The notes beneath the pieces were generated by a model. It searched no databases. It saw nothing but the letters and a program-made list of their open reading frames with translations, and was not told the origin of the DNA. A stretch of 64,000 nt of DNA from Octopus sinensis. Lineage: Eukaryota. The position numbers and the translations under genes were made by a program. Position 1 is the stretch's first letter. The number at the start of each line of letters is the position of its first letter. The stretch spans positions 52,700,001 through 52,764,000 of the forward strand of contig NC_043015.1 of assembly GCF_006345805.1 (NCBI RefSeq), given 5' to 3'. Positions 39,584-52,710 of the stretch are shown piece by piece.

Positions 39584-39950
39584 ATTCTTTTACTTGTTTC
39601 AGTCAATTGTGGCCATGCTGGAGCGCCGCCTTTAGTCGAGCAAATCGACGCCAGGACTTATTCTCTGTAAGCCTAGAACTTATTCAAACGGTCTTTTTGT
39701 GCTTACGAGGACGTAAATATGCCAGCATCGGTTGTCAAGCGATGTTGGAGAGAGGGACAAACACACACAGACACAAACATATATACACACACACACACAC
39801 ACACATATAATATACACACACACACACACACATAATATATATACACGAGGGGCTTCTTTCAGTTTCCTTCTACCAAATCCACTCACACTGTTGAACCCAG
39901 TACCATGTGGTTGGTAAGCAAGCTACTTACCGCACAGCCACTCCTGCGCC
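39584..39950 (-). mobile_element. SINE family B
   Basis: Reverse-complement copy ending CAGCCACTCCTGCGCC. Confidence 0.85.
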
Positions 39951-39958
39951 TCTCTCTC

Positions 39959-40030
<72 letters not shown>

Positions 40031-40448
40031 CGTATATAAAACGTGGGACACCACAATGAGATGTTGATGTATAATGAAATATAAACAGTATACCTTAAAT
40101 GTACATGTATGTATATGTGTGTATATATGTATATGAGCTATTGAGTATGTAGTATATTTCGACAAGCATATATGTGTAAATAAGTGCGTATGTCTATTTT
40201 ATAGATGTGTTGTATGTATGTATGTAAACACGTGAGTCTACATCAAATCAAACAAGCGAGTAATTGTGAGAGAAGTCAACTAGGCGAATAGCTTATCGTG
40301 TGGGTGTATATAAGGTGATATGAGGTCGCTTAAACTGCACAGATACACATATACAGTGAACTAGACGACATAATTACATGGGTGTATAAGTTTACATACT
40401 TAATGCAATATACTGACTATATACACACACGCGCGCATTATGCATGTA

Positions 40449-40480
<32 letters not shown>

Positions 40481-41179
40481 CTGAGGTTTACACATAAATG
40501 AATAATTGTAAATACAGTATACATATAGTATGTAAGACAAGAATTGTGCGAAGTCTAAGATTATATATATATATATATAATATATATGAGTACGTGCACA
40601 TGTGTGTATAATCATGAATGTACACAAAGTTAGCTGACAAAGTATCAAATTCCAAAGTATACAATAATCTAGGCTAAACATGCATATGCATGTGTGTGTT
40701 GTGTATGTATGTATGTATGTATATATATATATATATGCTATTACAAAATAATCACATGCATGATTATACATATTTACAAAGACACAAAAATATTTTAAGT
40801 TCGTGTGTTTTGTATGTGTTTTTTTATATAATATATATGTGTGTGTGTGTGATTACTAAATTTAAGTTACTTTAAGGAAGTAGAAATGTTTATGTTGAAT
40901 ATAAATGGAAATGTGTGTTATAAATACTGCATAAATGAAAGCATATTACTCTACCACTAGTATTTGAGTACTCTTTTTTCCACCTTGTTTCACATTTATG
41001 TGTTTACTCCGGTATATATATATATATATATACATAACATATTACACATGAAAATATACACACAAAAATCCATACATACACGATTATATAGATATATATA
41101 AATACTTATACAGCATTTATATATAAATCCTTAAATCCTTGAAATGTTTTAGCCCGAAGGCCGCGGCCATGCTGGGGCA

Positions 41180-41241
<62 letters not shown>

Positions 41242-41396
41242 ACGAACAGGATTTAAACTTCGAAGTCACTATTGTCATAAAAGCATATGTACTCTATCAA
41301 ATGTAACGAGTAATTCTTCAGTTTAATGTAAAATTGTTTTTTTATTATGAGAAAAACAAACATTAAGATATACATACATATATATGCTAGATCGAG

Positions 41397-41447
<51 letters not shown>

Positions 41448-41564
41448 GAGCACTCAACACGTGTTGTTGAGGTTAAATATTCTCAAGAACAATTTGTAAA
41501 GAATCAGCTATACCTTCACGTCTATGAAACTCTGAGTAATGCAAATCAAAGTTACAAACTGTGG

Positions 41565-41740
41565 AACAGCCCCGGGTCAGCTGTCCACATATGATGAGAG
41601 ACATTCCAGTCGTGACCATCACGTCCTTTTGGTATATCTTGACTAAACTATCTACGTTTCTTTTCGTATTTTTAAAACAGCAGGTGGTAGTTTGAAGGTA
41701 TTTAGCTGCTATTTCTAGTGAGTCGAACAAAGCGCACAGG
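41565..41740. mobile_element. Old, abundant interspersed repeat (representative copy)
   Basis: The motif chain CATTCCAG.C.TGACCATC...ATTT.GCTGCTATTTCTAG recurs, diverged and in both orientations, at about 3480-3690, 18230-18440, 26490-26720, 29470-29640, 30850-31080, 34500-34730, 35250-35470, 42960-43180, 54040-54260, 58520-58660, 60880-61320 and 61980-62180. Confidence 0.6.
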
Positions 41741-41802
41741 GACTTGACTACTCATTAGTAAAACTTGATAACAGTATGTGTGTGTATATGATAGTATATA
41801 TA

Positions 41803-41834
<32 letters not shown>

Positions 41835-42184
41835 ACGACTGATAATGAGAAAAGCATTTACCAAGAGAGATGAGGTGTGGAGTGTATACATACCGTAAAC
41901 CAGAGGAAACCCAATAACTATACATACAGTAGCTACGAATGTAGAACAAAGAACAAAACTAAGATATATAAAAAAAGAAAAGAACTACGTCTTAATTAGT
42001 GGATAATGATATAAAAAGCACACGGCTCTTAATTATAGACATTCCTACTCAAACCTGACATGCTAGACAAAGCAACCAAATTTTTGTAAAACAGGCCAAT
42101 TGTCCTAAAAGATATTTAGAAAAAGGTAACACGCTGGGTAAGGTAATCTGAAGTGCTCTCTTCCTTGAAACAATAATAGTAATA

Positions 42185-42350
42185 ATCTTTTCATTATAGA
42201 CACAAGGCCTGAAACTTTAGTGGTGGTGGTGGGGTAAGTCGATTACATCGACCCCAGTGCGTAACTGGTACTCAATTTATCGCCCCCGAAAGGATGAACG
42301 GCAAAGCCGACCTAGGCGGAATTTGAACTCAGAATGTAGCGACGGACGAA
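42185..42350 (-). mobile_element. SINE family A, 5'-truncated
   Basis: Reverse complement of the central domain and B-box. More fragments occur at 43470-43850 and 44200-44340. Confidence 0.75.
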
Positions 42351-42420
42351 TAGTAATAATCATATATATAAGAATTTTTTGCGTAATAAGATAAAAAACC
42401 ATGGCTGTATAGATATTAGA

Positions 42421-42468
<48 letters not shown>

Positions 42469-45444
42469 TAGCTAGTTAGTATATATATATAGATATTAGC
42501 ATGATACAAGAAATTTGGTGGGATAGTAGAGTTAGTCGATGAAAGTAATTTTATAGGCCCCAGAAGGGTTAAGAAAGCAATCGGCCTCGGCTGGATTTGA
42601 ACTTCTGTATATATATATATTTTTTTTTTTTTGTCCTAAACAGACAAGATGACCATGGCTTTGAAATGTTTTAGTTGAAGGTCTGTTCGATGAGGGGCGA
42701 CTTTGTGTTTAAACAACAGCCCCTACTTCGTGAGCACCACGAATGACCCTTTTATTGTGATCGTACCGTTTGACACCCTTCACATGCAATTGACACGACT
42801 CGTAGAGTTAAGTATGTCTGTCCTACGAGAGACATAACTATAGAAATGCGTTGAAGGTGAAGAAAGCATTCTAAAAAAAAAGGAGTGTTTTGCAAGGAAT
42901 GTTGAAGTCATTCTAAAGACTCAGTATTCGGTCAGGTAATAAATGTTAATAAGATCCGCTCTATCAGAGTTGACCTATGGCTAAATAACAGCAAGCGGCG
43001 AAAATCTCCCTTAAATCACACCCTCCAACTGTTTTTTTAAAAGCAATAAATACTTGTAAATTAAACAACACGCTATGAGGTACAATATACCTGCAAAAAT
43101 AGAGAGAGAAAGAGGAGAATATAGTCACAGCTGGAACATCTTTAATCATAGATGAAGGTCGACCTGATAGTAAAAAAAATTAAGACAACGGGGGTGATTC
43201 GTGTCACATCTGTAGCAGCCCACGATGACAACTAACGCTCGTATATAATCGATACTTAGAAATACGCCAATATGTGGTCGCACGAGCTGTACTAGTAATA
43301 GTGCATTGTTTGTTATAAGTTGCTTTTAACATAGATTTTTGATGACCACAATACTTGTAAAGAATTTCAAGTGAAAACTTCGACATATACGGTTCTTAAC
43401 ATTCTTCGAGGCCAAGTAGGACGACACGGAGCTTTCAAATTCGTTTTTATATCCGTTGATCTGAAGGTTAAAATAATGGTTTCTAATTTCTGCACTAGAC
43501 CAACCAATTTTTGAGGGTATGGGGTAAGTTGCAATCCCGGGGTGATGAAAGGCAAAGTTGACCTCAACAAGATCTGAATTCATTAAGGTTGAAATTATAA
43601 TGCTTTCTAGAAAGGGTGGCGTTACTTGCGACCCCGAAAGAATAAAAACTGAAGTTGACCTCGGCGGGATTTAAACTCGTGAAGGTTGAAATATCATTTT
43701 CTGGTTTAGGACCAAGGCGGGCAATATTTTGAGGGCAGGCGGTTAGCTGATTATGTCGACCCTCCACCAAATACAAGACTGGTACTTTATTTTATCAACA
43801 CGAGAGGGATTAAGCGCATAGAAGACTTCGGTGGAATTTGATCTCATGGGAATTAAAATTATAATAGTTGTTACTAAGGCCAGCATTTCGAGAGGGGTGG
43901 GATTTTCGGCAGTTCTCGAATGGCGAAATCTTACCGGTATGGAGAAGAAACACTAAATGAAATTAGGGCAGGAGCAGAAATGTGAAGACAACCCGAAATT
44001 TGGGGGCAAAATGTTTTTTTCCAAAATCGTTATTCTTGCAATATGAAACAAGAATATAAAACAAAAAGAGGTAAAAGAGCCCTCAATTCCGTGTCCTTTA
44101 CCTTCCCTATGTCCCCTCTGTGTGTAGCCCTTTGTGGGCAATAAAGAAATATACCTTCCCTAACGAGGTAATATATTATTTTACACAAACTTCCTACTGG
44201 TTTGTCGATTACTATCGACCCCAGTACTGAACTAGTACTTTATTTTATCGATTCCAAAAGCAGTAATTTTAACCACGGTGGGATTTTAGTTCAAAACAGT
44301 CAAAATAAATATCGCAGATCTCGAACGATTCTGCCAAGCACTGACCTTCCATAATATACGAAATGTTTTTGTGAGTTAGACTTTAACAAGATTAAAAAGT
44401 ATGGAAGGAAATACAAGACATAATCTTAATCTTTTAACTAATGAAACAAATTCGTTTTAAATTATCTTCACAACATTATATGCTCTACTTACCAACTGGT
44501 TATTGTTACATTAAGAGGTTCTGTCTCAGTATGATTGCAATAAGCGGCTTGTATACGCTAAGATCAAAATGTAGTGATATCTACACACACACATATATAC
44601 ATACAAATACACACATACACACACACATACATCATACATATTGATAAAGTAGATACAAATCGTTTGCAATGAAGTGTTTAGAGATTTACAACGTATTAGT
44701 AAGTAAGCGCGCGCACATAGATACATACACATAAACACGCGCGTACACACCTCATAACACCCAAAACAAAGAAAAAATATATATACATTTTTACTAAACA
44801 GTCTGTAGTTTAACATCTGGATCTGCGAGAGTTTTATAGCTTCTGCATATGTTAATGTGCGCAGTAATGCAATATGTGTGTCGATATGTATACACTATAT
44901 ATGTGTATGTGTGTAGATAGTAAGGAATGGGGTGTGTGAATGTATGGGCAATCAGTATGTGTATATATATAACACTATCTTAATAGCTTCAATTTACTGC
45001 CAGGCATTGGTTTACTTCACAGGCTTAACCAGGTCTAAATTACATACGTACGTATGTAGCATACATATATATATATATGTGTGTGTGTGTGTGGTGTTAT
45101 GTTATGTTATGTATGGGGTACATTACATACATATAATAATGGTGGTATGTACAGACGGCCAGGACACCTTCATCTAGACAAGGGAAAGAAAAAAACATAT
45201 CTTTAGGTGCCTCTGTGTGTGTGTGTGTTATGTAGAAATATGGAGATTGTAAATGTTGTGGAATGACTATTATAATTACGGCTCCATATTTTCATGATAA
45301 AGTGTGAAAAAGTGGTTAATACAACCGATATGTGTATGTATATATCTACATCTAAATACATATATACACAAACACACACACGATATATCCATACATTTTA
45401 CACACCATATCTATGTGTAAATGTTTGTATGTGTATGTACAAAG

Positions 45445-45516
<72 letters not shown>

Positions 45517-46294
45517 CGTATGTGTATATATAAAACGTATATATGTATGTGTATGTAAATATAACACTATTAAGTTGATTGCTGTTTATAGAAATCTGAA
45601 GAATACACCTTGCCAATTCTTTTCCAGTCTCCACTAAATAAACAGATTGGAAAACCAGACCATTTTTTTTTTGGTGTTTTTTTTTTCATTTTTTCATTTT
45701 TCTCTGGTTCTTCACTCAACTATTTCACTTAACTACTGTACATGAATGAACATCACAACACTACCCATATTATATTAATCACAACATCTCAGGCAGTGGT
45801 CTTGTGTGACCCAGTAAGGTCAACCACAAGACTAATTGTAATTCTATACAGAACACATTATTCCATAGGAACCAAATCACCAGAGAATGTTAACTTAAGA
45901 CAGACTGGTGTCTTATCCAGTTGTTGTTGTTATCAGAAATAATTAACAGATCAGCTGGGAGGTTTAAGAGTGTAAGATTTACACTGTCCTGAGAGAGACT
46001 TAAACTAGATCGTCCGAGGAGATTTCTTTTTGTAATAGGCTATTGTCTTATCTAGATGAATTTTTCATCTCGTTTATCAGGAACAGATACCAGATTATCC
46101 GAGGATGTTACTAACTGCGGTATATCAGTGTCCTACCTAATAATAGCATCTGAGGAAATTACTTGTGATAGACTGTTGTCTTATCCAGGGGGAGATTTAT
46201 ACATCAACTTAACTATGTCCTAATGACCATACCCAACCAATTTCCAATGTATTCCTCAATGTAATGTGAATTGAAGTCATTGAAACTGCTCCCT

Positions 46295-46810
46295 GCAGTA
46301 CCCTAAGAAATACAGCTACCTATAGTCCCTTTTGTGACAGCTTTCTGATGTGCCTTTTGTTTCGTGACTACCTAGAGTACTTTCCGTGACATAGCTACCT
46401 GGGGCCTTTGTGGGAGCCTCTATATTGTGAGCAACCTGCCAAAACTCCTTCAAATTCCACTACCCCATTTGTGAAGGATACATGTTAGATACTCCTAAGA
46501 AAGACAGGATGATCGCTAATAGAAATAGTCTGACCTAGGGCTAAATGACAGCAACTCCTAAACAGAGTATGTTTCAGTGACAAAATTAACAAGGTACTCT
46601 CGGCTAATGGTACATGGCTAATGAGTGTGACCTTGAGTGACACAGTTAGCCCATCGGTAACATAGCTAATAAGATTACCCTTGAGTGACGCAGCTAACTA
46701 GAGTACTCTTGTGACACAATAGTACCCTTGGGTAACAGAGTTTAGTTGAATGCTCTTGGGTCACACTGATAAGTACAGTACCCTTTTGTAGAACAGTTAA
46801 CTAGGGTGAA
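46295..46810. repeat. Ancient degenerate tandem repeat, unit about 27 bp (AGTACCCTTGAGTGACACAGCTAACTAG-like)
   Basis: Recurrent GTACCCTT / GTGACA / CAGCTA motifs in a fixed order. Confidence 0.55.
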
Positions 46811-46820
46811 TGGTACTTAA

Positions 46821-47042
46821 CGCTTTTGATACTAACCCGGTTGAAACAACCTCTGGCTCTTTGGTACAAATGTTTTGTTTTCATAAGTTTTGAATTAAAA
46901 TCTTCCATCAAACCTTAGTCACAATTTATGTTTCTAACACTAGCTTAATGATAACTAGGTTATTTTACTAAATTCTTTGTTATATTTAAAATTAATTGAA
47001 AGAAACACAGAGAATCTCAACAGAAATATGGTAACGAAGGGG
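46821..47042 (-). mobile_element. piggyBac-like MITE family P1, copy 4 (inverted)
   Basis: Reverse complement of the 12346-12567 body, with TTAA on the left and TTCA on the right. Confidence 0.8.
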
Positions 47043-47237
47043 TTCAAGACACTCATAAGTTTAATGTGAACAAGTCGTAATAGAGGCTAAATCCTTCAAT
47101 TACTTCTCAAAAGGGCTGTTGATATAAGTATCAGTAATATAAAATTCACACTTCAATTAATTATAATCCCAGCTCAGCTAAGATTGAACAGATGTTCAAG
47201 TCATAAAGTTATTACTTTTATTCTCTTTATAATTATT

Positions 47238-47452
47238 CTTTTCTACTCTATGCACAAGGCCCGAAATTGTGGGGGGAGAGTGCCAGTCAATTTGGTCGAC
47301 CCCAGTATGCAGCTGGTACTTAATTTATCAACCCCAAAAGCATGAAAGGCAAAGTCGACCTCGGTGGAATTTGAACTCAGAACATAAAGACAGATGAAAT
47401 ACTGCTAAGCATTTTACCTGGCGTGCTAACGTTTCTGTTAGCTCGTCGCCTT
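47238..47452 (-). mobile_element. SINE family A with perfect TSD
   Basis: Full reverse-complement copy flanked by CTCTTTATAATTATT on both sides. Confidence 0.9.
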
Positions 47453-47479
47453 CTCTTTATAATTATTGCTATCATTATG

Positions 47480-48660
47480 ATTAGAGTGATGAGTTGGCAG
47501 ACTTTTTAACACACTGGACAAAATGCTTAACTGCATTTCGTGAAGTGTGCTAACAATTCATTAAGTCTTGAGTTCAAATTCCACCGTGGTCAACTTAGCC
47601 TTTCATCCAACCAGGGTTGATCAAACATGTAGCAGTTGAGCACCGGGGTTGATGTTATCAATTTATGCCCAAAGCTGCTGCCCACATCCAAATTTCAAAG
47701 AATTACCCTTATTATTATTATGGTTTAAGCTGGCAGAATTGTTAGCATGCTGGACAAACTGCTTAGTGGAATTTCATCTGTTGCTATGTTTTTGAGTTCA
47801 AATTCCGCCAAGGTCAACTTAGCCTTTCGTCTTTTCTGGGTCAATGAAATAAGTACCAGTTATGCACTGGGGTCAATGTAATTGACTTGCCCCCTCCTCC
47901 AAAATTTCAGGTCTTGTGCCTTTAGTAGAAAGGATCATTATTATCATCATAAAGGTGGTGAACAGGTAAAATGCCAAGTAGCATTTTGTCCATTGCTACA
48001 TTCTGAGTTCAAATTCCAGCAGGATCAGTTTTGCCTTTCATCTTTTCAGAGTCAATGAAACAAGTACCAGTTATGCACTGTGGTTGATGTAATTGACTTG
48101 CTCCCTCTCCCAAAATTTCAAGTCTTGTACCAATAATAGGAAGCCTTATTACAATGGTTACAAATTTTGGCATAGGGCCACAATTTTAGCAGCGGGGGTG
48201 CAATGAGTACCAACACTCAAGTAGTACTTTATTCATTGGTCCTGGAGTTCATAAAAATAAAATACCAGTCAACTACTGGGGCTGATGTAACTGACTTCCT
48301 CCTCTTTTCAAAAATGCTAGCCTTCTGCCAAAATCAGGAAGCATTTTATTACCATTATTCTTTTCTACTCTAGGTACAAGGCCCGAAATTCTAGGGGACG
48401 GGGCCAGTCGATTAGATCGACCCCAGTACGCAACAAGTACTTAATTTATCGACCGCGAAAGGATGAAAGGCTAAGTCAACCTCAATGGAATTTTATTTTT
48501 ATTATAGGTGGTGCACTGACAGAATCATAAGCACACTAGTTCTAAGTTCAAATTCTGCCATGGTCAACTTTACCTTTTCATCTTATCAGAGTTGATTAAA
48601 AAAAGTACCCGCTCCCTACCTCCCTCAAAATTGCTGACCTTGTGCCAAAATTAAAGATCA
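47480..48660. mobile_element. Cluster of SINE family A copies
   Basis: Plus-strand copies at about 47480, 47726, 47952 and 48506, a minus copy at 48360-48492, and fragments, separated by (ATT)n tails. Confidence 0.8.
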
Positions 48661-49985
48661 TTATTACCTCCACCTTAGCAAAGGCAGAGGTATTGTTATT
48701 ATTATTATTATTTTTATTATTGTAGTGATCGTCATTAATTAATTCAAGCTTTGACAGCAAAAATGTTTAGTATCTTTTTTTTACAGGTTTTTTTCTTTTG
48801 TATTCTGGTTGCAATTTTATTCTATTTCTTTAAGAATCTTTAAAAAAAAAATTAAGACACTTAAGTACTGGGAATAAAGTATTTAGTTCTTTTGTTTGTT
48901 TGTTTTGTATTTGTCTTTGTTTTTATAGTTTTCTTTGTATTTTTAATCAAGTCAGAATCAGGCTGCTAATAGACTCACTGTAAAAATATATAAATAAAAT
49001 AAATTAACAAATAAAAACTGGTTTGACGAGAAATGCCTGGTTCCAATGAATCAACCAGTCACTTTGAAAGCTCAGGAAACAATGGGACTACTACTACTAC
49101 TAGCAGTGACGAGAGGGGTTAAGGGAAGGAGTAGTGTGAGGGAGAACTGTAAGTGGTCATGAAACTGGTTAGAAACAGCAGCCAAATCTTTTCTTCACTA
49201 TACTGAATCCATGGATAGGTGGGGCAAAAACCACTGAACAGGTAAATGACCCCAACCTAGTCGAATCTGGTCTGATCCACTGGAAACCAAGTACAGCGAG
49301 CGCTTGCACAACTCACAACTATAAAAAGTGGGGGGAAGGGTCGTAATCGAGAAAATACAGCAACAACTAAATGATGCACAGGATGTAACCCCCTTTTCTG
49401 CACTACGCTGCAACTATGGGCAGAGGGGCCAGAACAATGGAACTGTCAAATGAGTCAGTCCAGTCTAGTTTAATTCTCTCTTCTTCACTGCAAACCATTA
49501 AGTTCCATACTCACACAAGACGCAACTTCAAACTCTGGAAATTAATGAGTTTTACTACCAACACCTACTTGTCCACTTGCAGTGCTGGGTTCAGATTCTT
49601 CACAGGAAGGCTGCATGGGGCAGGGATAGACCAAACAAAGGGATTCTGTGTAATGGAATGGGAAGAAGTTGAGACCATAACTAACATGCTAACTGAAATC
49701 TTCAAGTAACAGAACCATGAAAATTTACTTAATCAGTTCCCTCGTTTAAAGCCACTATCACTTAGCCCTTTCAGTGCGATTCAGCAAAAGACCCCAATCT
49801 AATATATGTATTTAGGCCCCAGATCTGCAGTTTACATATAACATTGTCCTATTAAGTTCACTGGGTCTATAACAAAAAGAAACTGAATCAACCATTCCTC
49901 CTCTAAGTTGTGCATATGTATGTGTTTGTAAGTGTATGTACGTATGTATGTATGTGTATATATATATATATATAACACACAGATA

Positions 49986-50176
49986 TATTCTTTTGCTTGT
50001 TTCAGTCATTTGACTGTTGCCATGCTCGAGCACCCCCTTTAGTCAAACAAACTGACCCCAAGACTTACTCTTTGTAAGCCTATTATTCTTTTGGTCTCTT
50101 TTTGTTGAACTGCTAAGTTACAGGGACGTAAACACACTAACATTGGTTGTCAACCAATGGTAGATAGACTAACACA

Positions 50177-50225
<49 letters not shown>

Positions 50226-50386
50226 GACAGGCTTCTTTCAGTTTCAGTGTACTAAATCCACTCAGAAGGCTGTGGTTGGCCTGAAGCTATAGCCGGAGAC
50301 ACTTGCCCAAGGTGCCACACAGTGGGACTGAACCCAGAACCATGTGGTTGGGAAGTAAGTTTCTTACCACACAGCCACATCTGTGC
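49986..50386 (-). mobile_element. SINE family B
   Basis: Reverse-complement full copy. Confidence 0.85.
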
Positions 50387-50602
50387 ATCTTCATAAAATC
50401 TACTTTGTTGAGGCAGATTTTCTATAGCCCGATGCCCTTCTTGTCACCAACCTTGCTTCTTTCCGAGCAAGGTAACATTACCCCATGGTCAGACATGTTT
50501 CTTCATGGAGTATTCGAAACAAAGGAGATCACTCGTACGATAGTGATTCTTCATTCAAGACAGGAAGAGACAAACATCCATCTCACAAACCCACATACTT
50601 AC

Positions 50603-50643
<41 letters not shown>

Positions 50644-50855
50644 GGGGGGGTGTAGAGTGTAGCATTGATGAATGATTGTTAAGATTGTGGTTTCAATTCC
50701 TGGGCTGGGCAATGCATTGTGTTCTTAAGAAAAACAACTGATTTCATGCTGCTCCAGTCCATTCAGCTGGCCAAAATGAGTGATCCAGGACACCAATCAG
50801 TGACCTGTCCAGAGCAGTAGGGATAAATACACCACAGAATCCAGGTAACTGGCCT

Positions 50856-50935
50856 TATGAGTATGTATCAGAAAGGCCCTTTGACTCTTCAGACATATGA
50901 GTATGTATCAGGAAGGCCCTTTGACTCTTCAGACA
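50856..50935. repeat. 40-bp tandem duplication
   Basis: TATGAGTATGTATCAG(A/G)AAGGCCCTTTGACTCTTCAGACA occurs twice with one mismatch. Confidence 0.95.
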
Positions 50936-51399
50936 TTATATATATATATATATATATATATATGATTGCTGAGACCCCCTTCGGTCATGACTGACCATGG
51001 GATTGCACCTAGAAAGTTACTCTCCCAGGCACAAGTCCGGGCAAAGTGCCATGCAGTGGGACTGAACCCGGAACCATGAGGTTCGTAAGCAAGCTACTTA
51101 CCATACAGCCACTCCTACTCCTTCCTTACTTCATTTACACTTTATATCTTATTTTTATTATATTTTTTTATTATCATTTATTATTTTTATATTTTGAATT
51201 TTTAATATGGACATGCATCCCGTTCAAGCCTTATAAATCACTCTAAGCATGATTTCATTTTCAGACGTAAAGTACCGATGACTGGAATTTTTATCTTCTA
51301 CAAATCTTTATTATTCCTTAGCTCACAAACGAGCACAAAAAAAAACAGTGTACTATACACAGGGTGTTGTTTCCATTAAAAATTATCTTATTCTATATA

Positions 51400-51545
51400 T
51401 CTGTCAATTCAAATAAACAAATAAAAACGGTCGTGAGGCCATACATAACAAATGTGTTAGTTTGATGTTCGGTGGCGAGAGAGAGATAATTCCACATTTT
51501 AAGCGTAGCTCTTCATCGGAAAGGAGAAAGGGAAAAGACCAGAGA
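51400..51545 (-). mobile_element. Penelope-like terminal fragment with degenerate hammerhead
   Basis: The reverse strand reads CCGATGAAGAGCTACGCTTAAAATGT, with the same downstream context as the 25012 copy. Confidence 0.45.
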
Positions 51546-52544
51546 TGGAAAGGAAATCGCTGATGGCACACGTACATTGCTGAAGGAAGACACGTGGAAT
51601 TGAGGGTCGCTGAAGAGGTCACAGGAAGTGGGACAAAAGATTTCAGACAAACAACACTAAAATAATAATAATAATAATAATAGTAATAGTAATAATAATA
51701 AGGCTGATGTGAAAAAAGAGTATATAGTCCATGTGTTTATGTGGCAAAAGACAAAACAAAATGATGACCATCCCAAAATAGAACGATATACATATATATG
51801 GTTTTGTGTGTGAGTGTATGTGTGTGTATTAAAATTTGATTTTATGAAGTTTGACATAATAATAATGCAAGAACAACCAAACTCAGCTGATTTATGAAAA
51901 AAATTTTTTTTTTTTAAATTAGAATTCAATTAAATAAAGACAAACACACAGACATGCAGAGACTGAAAAATCTCAACATTTCTCTTTCAGAACTGAAATT
52001 AGACACAGCATTGAGTGCAAAGCATAAAAGTTCACCTATTAAGCATAGGTGTATATATGTATACATGCATATATTTATACATATATATATATATGCGAAT
52101 GCGTGTGTATATGTATGTATATCATATGTAGGTGTATATATAATGAAAGTAACTATTAATAATTATATTTCAACAACCAAAAAACCAAAAATCTAAACAA
52201 AACAAAATCTGTATTAACACAGAAATAATTCGATAAAACTTTATAAATAATTAATAGAATAGCAAAACTAAAAAAAAAAAGAAAAAGGAAAGTAATAATG
52301 ACGATGATGTGATGATAATGATAAAAATTGTATTAATTATTCATGTGATTAGTAATGAATAACGACAGGTAACAGCTTTTTTTTCTCTCACTCTCCCTGT
52401 CTCCTTCATTCACTCTCCCTCTCATTCTCTTTCACTCTTTTCATTCCCTACTAATATATCTATCATGTCTGTCTGTCTGTCTCTCACTCTCTTTTCTTTC
52501 TTTCTCTCTCTCTCTCTCTCTGTCAGATGGATAGATAGGTGAGT

Positions 52545-52641
52545 GTGAATGTATGTGTGTATATATGTCTATTACTATATGTGTGTGTGTATATATATAT
52601 ATGTCTATTACTATATGTATGTGTGTATATATGCCTATTAC

Positions 52642-52676
<35 letters not shown>

Positions 52677-52710
52677 GTCTATTACTATATGTATGTGTGT
52701 ATGTGTATAT
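52545..52710. repeat. Compound minisatellite [G(T/C)CTATTACTATATG(TG/TA)n] x4
   Basis: Four CTATTACTATATG units. Confidence 0.85.
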
